Assembly (NCBI GenBank): GCA_965116395.1
Contig: OZ220684.1
Location: 2,151,447 to 2,215,446 of the forward strand
DNA: 64,000 nt
Direction: 5' to 3'
Source: Caldilineaceae bacterium
Lineage (GTDB): Bacteria; Chloroflexota; Anaerolineae; Caldilineales; Caldilineaceae
The notes under the pieces were generated by a model. It worked only from the letters and a program-made list of their open reading frames with translations. It made no database searches and was not told the DNA's origin. The translations under genes and the position numbers were made by a program. Shown piece by piece: positions 48,163 to 57,451 of the stretch (position 1 is its first letter; each line of letters opens with the position of its first letter).

Positions 48163-48196
48163 CCAAAAACTGAAAACTGACTACTAAAAACTGCCG
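48163..48196. repeat. heptamer tract, family 1, ending 2 nt from the permease stop
   Basis: CCAAAAACTGAAAACTGACTACTAAAAACTGCCG. Confidence 0.65.
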
Positions 48197-48197
48197 T

Positions 48198-49061
48198 TTA
48201 CCGGCCTGCCAGCCCGGTGAACTGCGCGCCCTGAATAAAATGGCGCTGCGCGAAGAAGAAGATGAGGATAACCGGCAAGATGGTGATCATCGACGCGGCC
48301 ATGACCAGATGCCAGAAGTTGCCGAAGCGCCCTTTGAACCAGAGGAGCCCGAGGGGCAGTGTGTACATTTCGCTCTTGGAAATGTAGATGAGCGGCTCCA
48401 TGAAGGCGTTGTAGTGCTGCAGAAAGGCGAAAATCGTGATCGTGGCGATGGCCGGGCCGCAGAGAGGAGCGATCACCTGCCACAGGATGCGGAAGTTGGA
48501 GGCGCCGTCGATCTTGGCCGCCTCGTCCAGTTCCAATGGCAGGGTCAACATATATTGACGCATGAGGAAGATATAGAACGCGCCGCCGAACCAGGCCGGC
48601 ACCCACAGCGGGTAGAAAGTCCCCACCCACCGGATCTCCTTGAAGATAATGAAGACCGGGATCATCGTCACGACGCCGGGCAGCATCATCGTCGCCAGCA
48701 GTACGGTGAAGACAAAGTTGCGCCCCGGCCAGCGCAGCCGCGACAGACCGTAAGCGACCGTGAGCGAACTCAACACCATGCCGATCGTCCCCATGAAGGA
48801 GACGAAAAAGGAGTTGCGGATGAAGAGATGGAAGGGGAGACGATCAAAGACGTCGATAAAGTTTGACCATCTGGGTTCCGTCGGTATCCATTCGATCGGT
48901 GTGATGAAGACCGCGCCCGGCAGCTTGAGCGATGTGCTGACCACCCAGGCCAGCGGCATGAGAAAGGTGATGCCCAAAGCGATCATCACAATGTGCAGGA
49001 CAAGATGACCGAGCCGCGCCTGCTTTTTTCTGGATTGGAGCAGAGATGTTCTTACAGTCAT
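48198..49061 (-). CDS. carbohydrate ABC transporter permease (MalG-like)
   Basis: Six-TM protein with the EAA loop LDEAAKIDGASNFRILWQVIAP. Confidence 0.9.
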   Translation of the reverse strand: MTVRTSLLQSRKKQARLGHLVLHIVMIALGITFLMPLAWVVSTSLKLPGAVFITPIEWIPTEPRWSNFIDVFDRLPFHLFIRNSFFVSFMGTIGMVLSSLTVAYGLSRLRWPGRNFVFTVLLATMMLPGVVTMIPVFIIFKEIRWVGTFYPLWVPAWFGGAFYIFLMRQYMLTLPLELDEAAKIDGASNFRILWQVIAPLCGPAIATITIFAFLQHYNAFMEPLIYISKSEMYTLPLGLLWFKGRFGNFWHLVMAASMITILPVILIFFFAQRHFIQGAQFTGLAGR

Positions 49062-49072
49062 AACTTTCTTCG

Positions 49073-49100
49073 GTGATCAGTGGTCAGTGCAGTGACCGGT
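49073..49100. repeat. heptamer tract, family 2, between the two permease genes
   Basis: GTGATCAGTGGTCAGTGCAGTGACCGGT, 13 nt downstream of the upstream permease stop. Confidence 0.5.
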
Positions 49101-49112
49101 CATTCGTTTCCG

Positions 49113-50054
49113 CTAAAGCTTGCCTTCATAGTAGACCCAGCGATTGGCGAAGAAGAACTGGATCCCTGTGAAGACCATAATGATCAGGAAAAGTATCCAC
49201 GCCAGCGACGCGGCATAGCCCATCCGGAACAGCTCAAAGGCGTTGCGGTAAAGATAAAGCACCATGAACAGGGTGGCGTTTTGCGGGCCGCCGTCGGTCA
49301 TGATGAAGACAGTGGTGAAGACCTGGAAGCTGCCGATGATGCCAATAATCATGTTGAAGAAGATGATCGGCGAAATGATAGGGATCGTTACGTTGATGAA
49401 GCGCCGCCACGCGTTGGCCCCATCGATCTCCGCCGCCTCTTGCAACTCCTTGGGCACCCCCTGCAGCCCGGCCAGAAAAATGATCATCTGGAAGCCGGTC
49501 AGCCACAGGCTCATAATGATCAGCGCCGGTTTGGCCCAGGGCGGATTGAATAGCCAGTTGATGGGCCCCAGCCCGAACCAATTCAATACCTCGTTGAGCA
49601 CACCAAATTCAGGATTGAGAATCTGTACCCAGACCACGGCAAAGGCGACCGCCGGCGTGATCGAGGGCAGATAGTAGATCGTGCGATAGACGCTCAGCCC
49701 GCGAATCTGCTGATTCAGCATCACCGCCAGCGCAAACGCGATCAGCAGCTGCAACGGAACGCCCACGAAGGTGTAATAGGCGGTGTTGACAAGCGATTTG
49801 CCCACCAGCGGATCGTTCAACATGCGTTCGAAATGACCCAGCCCGATGAATTTGGGCGGCGCCAGCATATTCCACTTGTGCAGAATCAGGTAGACGGAGT
49901 AGAGCATCGGCCCGACCCACAGCGCCAGCACACCGAAGATGAAGGGGCTGGTGAAGAGCAGGCCGTCGCGCAGGTCGCGGCGTTGGGCCGCGGACATACG
50001 GCGTCGGGCCTGCGGCTCTGTCTGGATTCCGGGCGATGATGTTGTGGCTGTCAA
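49113..50054 (-). CDS. carbohydrate ABC transporter permease (MalF-like)
   Basis: EAA loop LQEAAEIDGANAWRRFINVTIP and the typical TM layout. Confidence 0.9.
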   Translation of the reverse strand: MTATTSSPGIQTEPQARRRMSAAQRRDLRDGLLFTSPFIFGVLALWVGPMLYSVYLILHKWNMLAPPKFIGLGHFERMLNDPLVGKSLVNTAYYTFVGVPLQLLIAFALAVMLNQQIRGLSVYRTIYYLPSITPAVAFAVVWVQILNPEFGVLNEVLNWFGLGPINWLFNPPWAKPALIIMSLWLTGFQMIIFLAGLQGVPKELQEAAEIDGANAWRRFINVTIPIISPIIFFNMIIGIIGSFQVFTTVFIMTDGGPQNATLFMVLYLYRNAFELFRMGYAASLAWILFLIIMVFTGIQFFFANRWVYYEGKL

Positions 50055-50082
50055 AGAGGTGCACTCCCAGATTGACGAGGAA

Positions 50083-50114
50083 CCGGCGGCCAGTAACCGA
50101 TTACTGGCCGCCGG
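50083..50114 (-). other. perfect 14-bp stem hairpin between the binding-protein and permease genes
   Basis: CCGGCGGCCAGTAA (50083-50096), loop CCGA, TTACTGGCCGCCGG (50101-50114). It lies 8 nt downstream of the SBP stop. Confidence 0.5.
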
Positions 50115-50121
50115 GCACTGA

Positions 50122-51510
50122 CTAAGCGCGGTCCGCCCAGTACTGATCCAGATGTGTTTGGATTTCCGGCTGCGCGATCGCGAGCGCTTCGGCTGCGGAC
50201 TCGGTCTGGCCGAGCAGCTTGTCCCACAGGACAGTGATCGGGCCGCCGCCGTAGGCCTGGAGCTGCGAGCCTTCGCCGAAGATCACGGAGATGGAGCTCT
50301 CACGCATGGTGTTGGCGAATGCATCGGTGTTCTCGAAGCCATAGACACCGGAGGCGATATCGCCCCAGATACCGGAAATGTTGTCGGGCGTGCCGCACAT
50401 GCGGCCGCCGTTGGCGATGATGGTCTGGCCCTCTTCGCCGAGGATGAACGAGATGAGGTCCCAGGACTCATCCTTGTACATAGAAGGCTCTGTAATGACA
50501 TGGCCGTGGACGTGGCCGAAGGTGAAGTTGGTGTCGGCCGTGCCGGTCGGCGCCTCGATCACGTCGAAGTTGATGCCCTCTTCGGTGGTGGCCAGTTCGC
50601 CCTTAAGGCGGGGCATGGCCCAAGGGCCTTCGAGGTACATGGCGACGCGGCCGGTATCGACACCGACGCCGCCGCCCTCGACCACCTCCGGACCGGGGCT
50701 CCAGTCGTTGGCGATGGCATCGTAAACCAGATATTGGAGCGCGGAGGCGATGTCCTCGTTGTCCCAGTAGGCCTCGGTCGGCTCGGTAATGCGGTCCCAC
50801 TCGATATGGCCGTTGCGGCGCATGAAGGTGGTGCTGCGGCCGTAGGCGCCGTTCCAGCCCTGCGCCTGTCCCCAACCATAGAACTTGGTGCCGTCCTCTT
50901 CATAGGAGAGGTCCAGAATTATCTGCTGGAACTCTTCCCACTTCCAGCCCGGTTGTGGGTGGGTGACGCCCTTCTTGTCGAAGAGGTCCTTGTTGTAATA
51001 GATCACCAGCGAGCCGGTATCGGTGGGGGTCATGTAGCGGCCGCCCTGCCACAGCGTCTGGTTGTCGTAGTTTTCGCCGCCGGGGAAGAAGTCATCGGCG
51101 CCGTCGCGAGCGATATAGTCGCTCATGTCATAGATGACCTGGTTTTCAGCGTAGGCCTGCCAGATCCAGCCCTGGAAGTAGAGGACATCGGCCGAGTCAT
51201 CCGCGGCAAAGTTGGCCTGGATCTTCTCATAGTAGCCGCCGGGGTACTGCTCGACGGAGACGCTCACGCCTTCGTTCTGTTCCATGTAGGCGTTGACCAT
51301 GTTCTCATAGACGACCGCGTCCTGGACATCGGCCCAGGCCGAGAGGCGCATCTCGATCATCTCCATGCTGGCGCCGGCGTCACCGCCACCGTCGGCGGCC
51401 GGGGCCGCGGCAGGGGCCGCGCAGGCCGCGAGCAGAGTTCCGCCAACCGTCAGCGCGCCTGCTTTGAGGAAGGACCGCCGGCTGATGGCGTTGTGTTGCA
51501 ACTTGGACAT
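50122..51510 (-). CDS. ABC transporter extracellular sugar-binding protein (Tat/lipoprotein-type signal)
   Basis: SRRSFLKAGALTVGGTLLAACAA signal and family-1 solute-binding protein features. Confidence 0.9.
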   Translation of the reverse strand: MSKLQHNAISRRSFLKAGALTVGGTLLAACAAPAAAPAADGGGDAGASMEMIEMRLSAWADVQDAVVYENMVNAYMEQNEGVSVSVEQYPGGYYEKIQANFAADDSADVLYFQGWIWQAYAENQVIYDMSDYIARDGADDFFPGGENYDNQTLWQGGRYMTPTDTGSLVIYYNKDLFDKKGVTHPQPGWKWEEFQQIILDLSYEEDGTKFYGWGQAQGWNGAYGRSTTFMRRNGHIEWDRITEPTEAYWDNEDIASALQYLVYDAIANDWSPGPEVVEGGGVGVDTGRVAMYLEGPWAMPRLKGELATTEEGINFDVIEAPTGTADTNFTFGHVHGHVITEPSMYKDESWDLISFILGEEGQTIIANGGRMCGTPDNISGIWGDIASGVYGFENTDAFANTMRESSISVIFGEGSQLQAYGGGPITVLWDKLLGQTESAAEALAIAQPEIQTHLDQYWADRA

Positions 51511-51571
51511 TGATTTGGCTCCTTTGGATTGCTGGGAAATGGTTGGTTCTGCTTGCTATGGTTAAAGCAAG

Positions 51572-51604
51572 AGCTGGTGGCAGGTCCTACACCGGCCACC
51601 AGCT
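51572..51604 (-). terminator. candidate terminator after the PhyH-family gene
   Basis: 10-bp inverted repeat AGCTGGTGGC (51572-51581) / GCCACCAGCT (51595-51604). It lies 7 nt downstream of the stop and is followed on the minus strand by CTTGCTTTAACC. Confidence 0.4.
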
Positions 51605-51610
51605 ACTTGT

Positions 51611-52534
51611 CTACTCTTCCTCTCTCGTCGGCCACTGGCAGCCGCCTTCCCGGTCCGGGCGAATGTGCGAGAACGACAGCTCCTCCGTGCCCTTCCAGGC
51701 ATAAGGGTCGCGGCCGGCGATCATGACGATATCGCGGAAGTCGAAACTGGCTACCCCCAATCCGCCATCGCCCGGATAGCGCCAGGGCAGCAGCGATTCG
51801 GCGCTCATGTAGTGGTTGACCAGCGCGCGGCGGAATCCGCTGGCGGCGCGGTTGGGCATGGAGCGGTGCAGCAGATAGCCGTTGAAGAAGACGATGCTGC
51901 CGGCAGTCACCTCGACCGGCACCGCGTCATCGTCGGTGTAGGGGAAATCAAACGCCTCCACCACGCAGTCGAAACGCTCGTCGTCATGCTCCTTGGCGGG
52001 CCAGATCAAGCGATTCGCGTGCGAGCCGGGAATCACCCACAGACAGCCGTTCTCGACCGTGGCGTCATCGAGCGCGATCCAGGCGGCGTTCAGGGAGCAG
52101 TCGCGCGTGGGGATGAACGCTTCATCCTGGTGCCAGGCCTGACCCGGCTTGCCGGCCGACTTGATAAACAGCATCGACTGCATGCTCTTCACGTTGGGGC
52201 CGATCACCCGCGTCAGCACATTACTGATCGACGGATGCGCCAGCGTGTCGAACATCAGCTGTGAGAGTTTGTGCGGGAAATGGACACAGAGTGTGCGCTG
52301 GATCACCTCGTCGTCGCTGTCGCCGGGGCCGACGGGCGGCAGACCGTTGACCTCACCCATCTCACCGCGGCAGATATGCACAGTCTCGTCGCGCAGTGCC
52401 TGCACTTCATCCGGCGTCAGCGCGTCCGGCAGCGCCAGGAAACCGTTTTCACGGAAGGAGGCGGCGTGTTCATCGGTGACGACGGGCCTTATCACCGTCT
52501 TCGCGGGAGCTTCCATCGTTGCTGTCAGTGTCAT
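51611..52534 (-). CDS. phytanoyl-CoA dioxygenase (PhyH) family Fe(II)/2-oxoglutarate oxygenase
   Basis: WHQDEAF (HxD) and the distal H in FFNGYLLHRSMPN. Confidence 0.85.
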   Translation of the reverse strand: MTLTATMEAPAKTVIRPVVTDEHAASFRENGFLALPDALTPDEVQALRDETVHICRGEMGEVNGLPPVGPGDSDDEVIQRTLCVHFPHKLSQLMFDTLAHPSISNVLTRVIGPNVKSMQSMLFIKSAGKPGQAWHQDEAFIPTRDCSLNAAWIALDDATVENGCLWVIPGSHANRLIWPAKEHDDERFDCVVEAFDFPYTDDDAVPVEVTAGSIVFFNGYLLHRSMPNRAASGFRRALVNHYMSAESLLPWRYPGDGGLGVASFDFRDIVMIAGRDPYAWKGTEELSFSHIRPDREGGCQWPTREEE

Positions 52535-52737
52535 GGGATTGTTCCTGTGTCTGAACGGCAGTGATTTGGGCGTTGTCTGCAGCGACGCTGAAGGGTGGGA
52601 TCCTGGGCGGTCGCTAAGGGATTGGAAGAAGGGAATGGGTTGGATTATACGGGGGGAGGGGGATTGGTGTCAAGCTTTTGGGGGTGGGTGTGGAACTGGA
52701 TGAGGTGGTGTGTGAAGGGAGAGCCAAAGGAAAGGGG

Positions 52738-53244
52738 TTACATTGGCTCCTGATCCTCGGCCAGAGAGGCTGCATAGTCAAAACGTAACTACTCAGCCGC
52801 AACTGATTCGCCAACCTGTACGAGGCGAGCAAAGGTGTTCTTTCTCCCCTCATTGTTGTATTTTGGGCGGTCGGCCGCAAGCGGCCTCCCTTGTGCAGGG
52901 GCTGCGCCCCCGCAACGCCCCCCTACAAAACCATGCCTAACCGACCGTGTGCATTCTTCGCAACGTGTCGGCTGGCGTGCATGGCGGCCGCTGTACACCA
53001 GTTGCGTCACCAAGAGACTGAATGGTTCCAGGGATGACTGGCCGGTCAACTACTGTGGCTTAGTAGTTACGTCAAAACAGGCAAGGATATCTTCGCGCGT
53101 GACAGAAGGATATTCCTGGAGGAGATCTTCGACGCTATCGCCGCAGGCAAGCATCCGCAGGATTAGATATACAGGGATGCGTGTTCCCTGGACACAGGGC
53201 TGTCCGTGACATACGTGGGGGTTGATGGTAATGCGATCGTTCGT
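52738..53244 (-). pseudogene. DUF433 gene disrupted by MITE copy E, with the start codon position mutated
   Basis: Minus strand reads ...NDRITINPHVCHGQPCVQGTRIPVYLILRMLACGDSVEDLLQEYPSVTREDILACFD, then the element, then YAASLAEDQEPM and stop. ACG replaces the ATG of the intact paralog. Confidence 0.7.
52785..53070 (+). mobile_element. MITE-like element, copy E (286 bp, subfamily II) with perfect 8-bp TSD
   Basis: GTAACTACTCAGCC...GGCTTAGTAGTTAC flanked by GTCAAAAC at 52777-52784 and 53071-53078. The paralogous locus has a single uninterrupted GTCAAAAC at 57023-57030. Confidence 0.85.
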
Positions 53245-54372
53245 TTCTTCATCCTCCGGGGCATTCGGCCATATTTCAATAAGACTGGCGCTATGGCTTG
53301 AAAGACACCACGTAGCTGCTTCCTGCGACGCTATGTCCAGTGGCCGAGCTCTCGCAATGCCTGATTCAGAAAACCGTCTGTCCAGCGATTACCGGATTCG
53401 GTTAGTGAGGTCGCCGGAACTGGGCCATCTGAGGGAGACAACGCCTGTGGGGAACCGCTATACTGGACATGAGAACATAGTTTCTGTCTCAATGCAGGCG
53501 GCACCTTCAGTTGGTCGGTTTCGTTTCCCACCATTCCTGGCCGAAGCAACGTTAGCGGTACCTGGTCAACAGTTGGTGCCCTGGAAATCAAGTGTCCTCC
53601 ATGAGCACGTGTCCTCGTGGAGCAACGCCCGGGGCGTTGTGATCTGAAACCCTGTTTCGACACACTATCGAAAGGTGCCATTATGAAACGCGTTCCCCGC
53701 GTCGTCACTGTTTTCGCGTTCTTCTCCCTGCAGCCTGCCATGCTACTGGCACGGGACGAAGAGCGCGCCCTCGCCGGCCTGGCCGGGTAGCTCGCTGCTC
53801 TGGTCGACCGCGTCACCACAGTAGAAGCCAAACTCGAACCCGTCACAACTGTGGGCGACCCTTGCGTCCAACACGCCAGGGGCCAGCAACAGTGCGAAAC
53901 TGTGACCAGGCACCTCGACACCTTCGAGGCGCATCGTAATTCGTCACTGATCGCGCCTGAGGCCGTCCGCTACGACGCCGTTTTCAGTTTCGCCATCCGC
54001 CCGTTTTCTGAGGCCTTCGCCGCCCGCATCGTGACCGAGACCTGGCACGCCCGCGAGGTCCTCGATGTCGGCGAGAGGGTAAACGTTGAGGACAATCGCG
54101 GCGCTCTATCGGTTCCGCCAGACGGCCTACGACGGCCCAAAGCGTGCGCACAACAGAAAGCACAACGCGCCGCGCGACGAGGCAAACCCTGGGCTTCTGT
54201 CAGCTCTCCGCCGGCCAAGCTATGCCCGCACTGCGCGGAGCAGCTGAAGGCGGAGGCCACTACCTGTCGCTTTTTGCAATGCAGCGCTGGCCGCGGACTG
54301 ACGACTCGCCGCCGGTCGAGTACAAGATTGTATCCGTTTCGTGTTTGGAATCTGGAGAGAGGAGAAGTAAAC

Positions 54373-54618
54373 ATGGAATTTCCAGTGATAGCCTTCACCT
54401 TAATTATGTTCGCCGTCTCTGCCGTAGTAGCGGCTTCGACCAGGGGGCTCGAACGTCATGTGCTCTGGTTTTTCATGGGTCTGCTTTTTGGCCCGTTCGG
54501 CCTGCTCTGGACGCTGCTCGCGCGGCCGCCGGGCAAGCCATGCCCGCACTGCCGGGAGCACGTGAAAGATTGGGCGCTCGTCTGCCCCCGTTGCACCAGG
54601 GATCTGGCTGAAGCCTGA
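54373..54618 (+). CDS. small membrane protein with C-terminal zinc ribbon
   Basis: ATG preceded by GGAGAGAGGAG. Two hydrophobic segments, then CPHC...CPRC. Confidence 0.5.
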   Translation: MEFPVIAFTLIMFAVSAVVAASTRGLERHVLWFFMGLLFGPFGLLWTLLARPPGKPCPHCREHVKDWALVCPRCTRDLAEA

Positions 54619-55154
54619 GGACTGCGACTTCCTGGCTCTCATTCCCCCGAGGTAAGGACCTGGCGCTGACAGGCGTCAGATCCTTATCCACTTCATGCAA
54701 CGAAAGCGCCGACCTATGCCCATCCATCCCGAAATGTGCGATCTCTACCTCTGACTGGCCCGCTATCAGCAGGCGCAACTGTTCCGAGCGCGCCAGTAGC
54801 ACCGTACCCGTACTTCTCAACCAGAATTCCCTGGCTATCCTGCCTGTGCGAGAGGTGGTTCTCGGCGTCCCACACCGGCGAATGACAGCTGGGCAGCCCC
54901 CTGCTGCGCACGGCCATATTGCCGCTGGGGTTGTAATGTACGCGGCCAGCGGTATCGATGCAGCCGGCCGCCTTTCCTGCCCCTTGGCTTGCCACATCAA
55001 CCTGTGAGAGTCACGTTCGGCGCCGACATTTCTGATTCGGGAGGATAATGTCCCGAAACCGGTAGATCGCGGCGGGACAAGGCGCGCCCGCGCAAGGTAG
55101 TCTATAGAGTAAGAACTTTATCAATGACGCATTTCCACGCAGGAGAATCCAGCT

Positions 55155-56618
55155 GTGATAAAAACTTTCACGCTCGGGCTTCTATTTTTCCTCGGCGGAG
55201 CTGCCGTCTTGAATCTCTCCTCTTTCGCGATAAGGCCTTCCCTTACCCCATCTTCAGAATCCTCCCCGCCAGTAATCGGCGAAGAACCTGCTCTGAAACA
55301 GCATATCAGCCAGGAAGAGATCGAAGCGGGCCGCTTCACTCTCGAAGAGCTGCTCAGGCACGGACGCGCCGTCTTCACCGCCAGTTTCAACACACTTGAC
55401 GGCGCAGGCCGTCCTGAGCTGACAGGAACAGGCCAGCCGCGCAAGAGGCGGATGATGCCGGACAACTTCAATCGCATCTCAGCGCCTGACGCAAACTCAT
55501 GTTCGGGCTGCCACAATCTCCCCACCACAGGCGGCGGCGGTGACAACGTGGCCAATGTGTTCGTATTGGGACAACAGAACCCCTTCGTCAACTTCGATGG
55601 CGACCCGGTAGAGAATGGGCCGAATCAGACCCTTAAGACTGTGGGCAACGAACGCAGCACAGTCAGCGTTTTCGGCGCCGGCTTCATCGAACTGCTGGCC
55701 CGTGAGATGACGACCGATCTGCATGCTCTGCGCGCGTCGGCGCTCAGCCAAGCCATCAGCACAGGCCGGGAGACCACCGTCGAACTGGTGACCAAGGGGG
55801 TCCATTTCGGCACGCTCACATGCTATCCTGACGGCACAGTAGACACCTCCCGGGTCGAAGGCGTGGATGCCGACCTGATCATCCGCCCCTTTCATCAGAA
55901 AGGCGCGGTGGTGTCCCTGCGCGAGTTTTCCAACAACGCCACGAATCATCACCACGGTATGCTGTCGACCGAGCGGTTCGGCGAGGACAATGACCTGGAC
56001 GGCGACGGCCGCGTAACTGAGTTGACCGTGGGTGATATCACCGCCCTGACCCTGTTCCAGGCAACGCTGCCCGCACCAATACAGGTGGCGCCCGCTACCC
56101 AGGCCGAAAGAGAGGCTGCTGCGCGCGGGCGCATCGTCTTCGACCAGATCGGCTGTTCCGAGTGCCACATTCCAGAGATGCCGCTCGCCAGCCTTGAATT
56201 CGTCGAACCGGGCCCGTACAATCCGCAGAACAACCTGCGGCCCGAGGATGTCAATGCTACCTACCAGGTCGACCTGTCGCCCTACATAGAGAACGTGAAA
56301 CAGGACGAAGAAGGAAACTTCCTCATCCCTGTCTTTACCGACCTGAAAAGGCACGATATGGGTGCGTTTCTCGACAATGAGGCAATTGTGCAGGGAGGGA
56401 TCCCTACGCAGTTCTGGCTGACGAGAAAGTTGTGGGGCTTCGCTTCGGAGCCACCCTACCTGCACCATGGACGGGCCACATTGATCTCCGAAGCCATCCT
56501 GGCGCACGGCGGCGAAGCGCTGAAGCAAAGGAACGCATTTGCCAACCTGGAGCAGGCGCAGCAGGCGGAGTTACTGGAATTCCTTCTGACTCTTCAAATA
56601 GAAGGCGGCGAGCAGTAG
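55155..56618 (+). CDS. di-haem cytochrome c peroxidase-like oxidoreductase (DUF1111 family)
   Basis: Signal peptide and two CxxCH haem motifs (CSGCH, CSECH) with DUF1111-like spacing. GTG start. Confidence 0.8.
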   Translation: MIKTFTLGLLFFLGGAAVLNLSSFAIRPSLTPSSESSPPVIGEEPALKQHISQEEIEAGRFTLEELLRHGRAVFTASFNTLDGAGRPELTGTGQPRKRRMMPDNFNRISAPDANSCSGCHNLPTTGGGGDNVANVFVLGQQNPFVNFDGDPVENGPNQTLKTVGNERSTVSVFGAGFIELLAREMTTDLHALRASALSQAISTGRETTVELVTKGVHFGTLTCYPDGTVDTSRVEGVDADLIIRPFHQKGAVVSLREFSNNATNHHHGMLSTERFGEDNDLDGDGRVTELTVGDITALTLFQATLPAPIQVAPATQAEREAAARGRIVFDQIGCSECHIPEMPLASLEFVEPGPYNPQNNLRPEDVNATYQVDLSPYIENVKQDEEGNFLIPVFTDLKRHDMGAFLDNEAIVQGGIPTQFWLTRKLWGFASEPPYLHHGRATLISEAILAHGGEALKQRNAFANLEQAQQAELLEFLLTLQIEGGEQ

Positions 56619-56693
56619 ACGGTCGTTGCCCTCCGAGAGGAAGAGAAAGGCGACAGAGGAACGACGCGGACAGACGCGTGTATTAGCCAACCG

Positions 56694-56902
56694 CTACCCA
56701 CACAAATCCTCGATCAGCCGCGTATAAATCTCCACCGCCTCATGTAACTGCTCGACCGCGATCCACTCGCCGACCGTGTGGGCCTGGTCGATGTTGCCGG
56801 GACCGAGCACCAGCGCGTCCATATACTCCTGATAGCACGACGCTTCAGTGCCGTAGGGGACTGTCACCGCACGCGGCGCGCCGGTCGCACGGAATCGCTC
56901 TG
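56694..56902 (-). pseudogene. orphan 3' end (about 68 codons) of an M20 peptidase gene
   Basis: Nearly identical over about 150 nt to the 3' end of the gene at 59893..61005 (GCGTATAAATCTCCACCGCCTCATGTAACTGCTCGACCGCGATCCACTCGCC...). Homology stops at 56902. Confidence 0.75.
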
Positions 56903-56983
56903 GTGGAGCGGCCGGATGCGGCGTATGGGCATATGCGGGAACTGAACGCGGTGGTGTGTGAGGGGTGAGCCACAGGTGAACAG

Positions 56984-57196
56984 CTACATCGAAATCTGCA
57001 CCGCGTCCAGAGAAGCTCCATAGTCAAAACAGGCAAGGATATCTTCGCGCGATATAGAGGGATATTCCTGGAGGATGTCTTCGACGCTATCGCCGCAAGC
57101 AAGCATACGCAGGATTTGATAAACGGGAATGCGTGTCCCCTGGATACAGGCCTGTCCGTGACACACTTGGGGGTCAAAGGTAATCCACTCGTTCAT
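56984..57196 (-). CDS. DUF433-family protein (antitoxin-like)
   Basis: MNEWITFDPQVCHGQACIQGTRIPVYQILRMLACGDSVEDILQEYPSISREDILACFDY matches the DUF433 pattern (dP.vc.G.P.i.GTRipV..il). Confidence 0.8.
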   Translation of the reverse strand: MNEWITFDPQVCHGQACIQGTRIPVYQILRMLACGDSVEDILQEYPSISREDILACFDYGASLDAVQISM

Positions 57197-57451
57197 TGTT
57201 TCATCCTTCAGGGAACGTGGCCATATTTCGATCGGACTGGCGCTCCGGTCTGAGAGATACTATGTAGCAGTCTTTTGTTGCCAATTGAAAGGTTTGGACA
57301 CGATGTACGTGACTTCGTAACCGGACAGTTGGGAGCCAGGGAGACAATGCCAGGGGCAACGCCAATCCCCGCGCCCGCGACATCGCGCCTATGCGGTTGG
57401 ACTATCCTGCTTGGAGGTATATCCGGGAAATGGAATTACATTGCTTCACTA

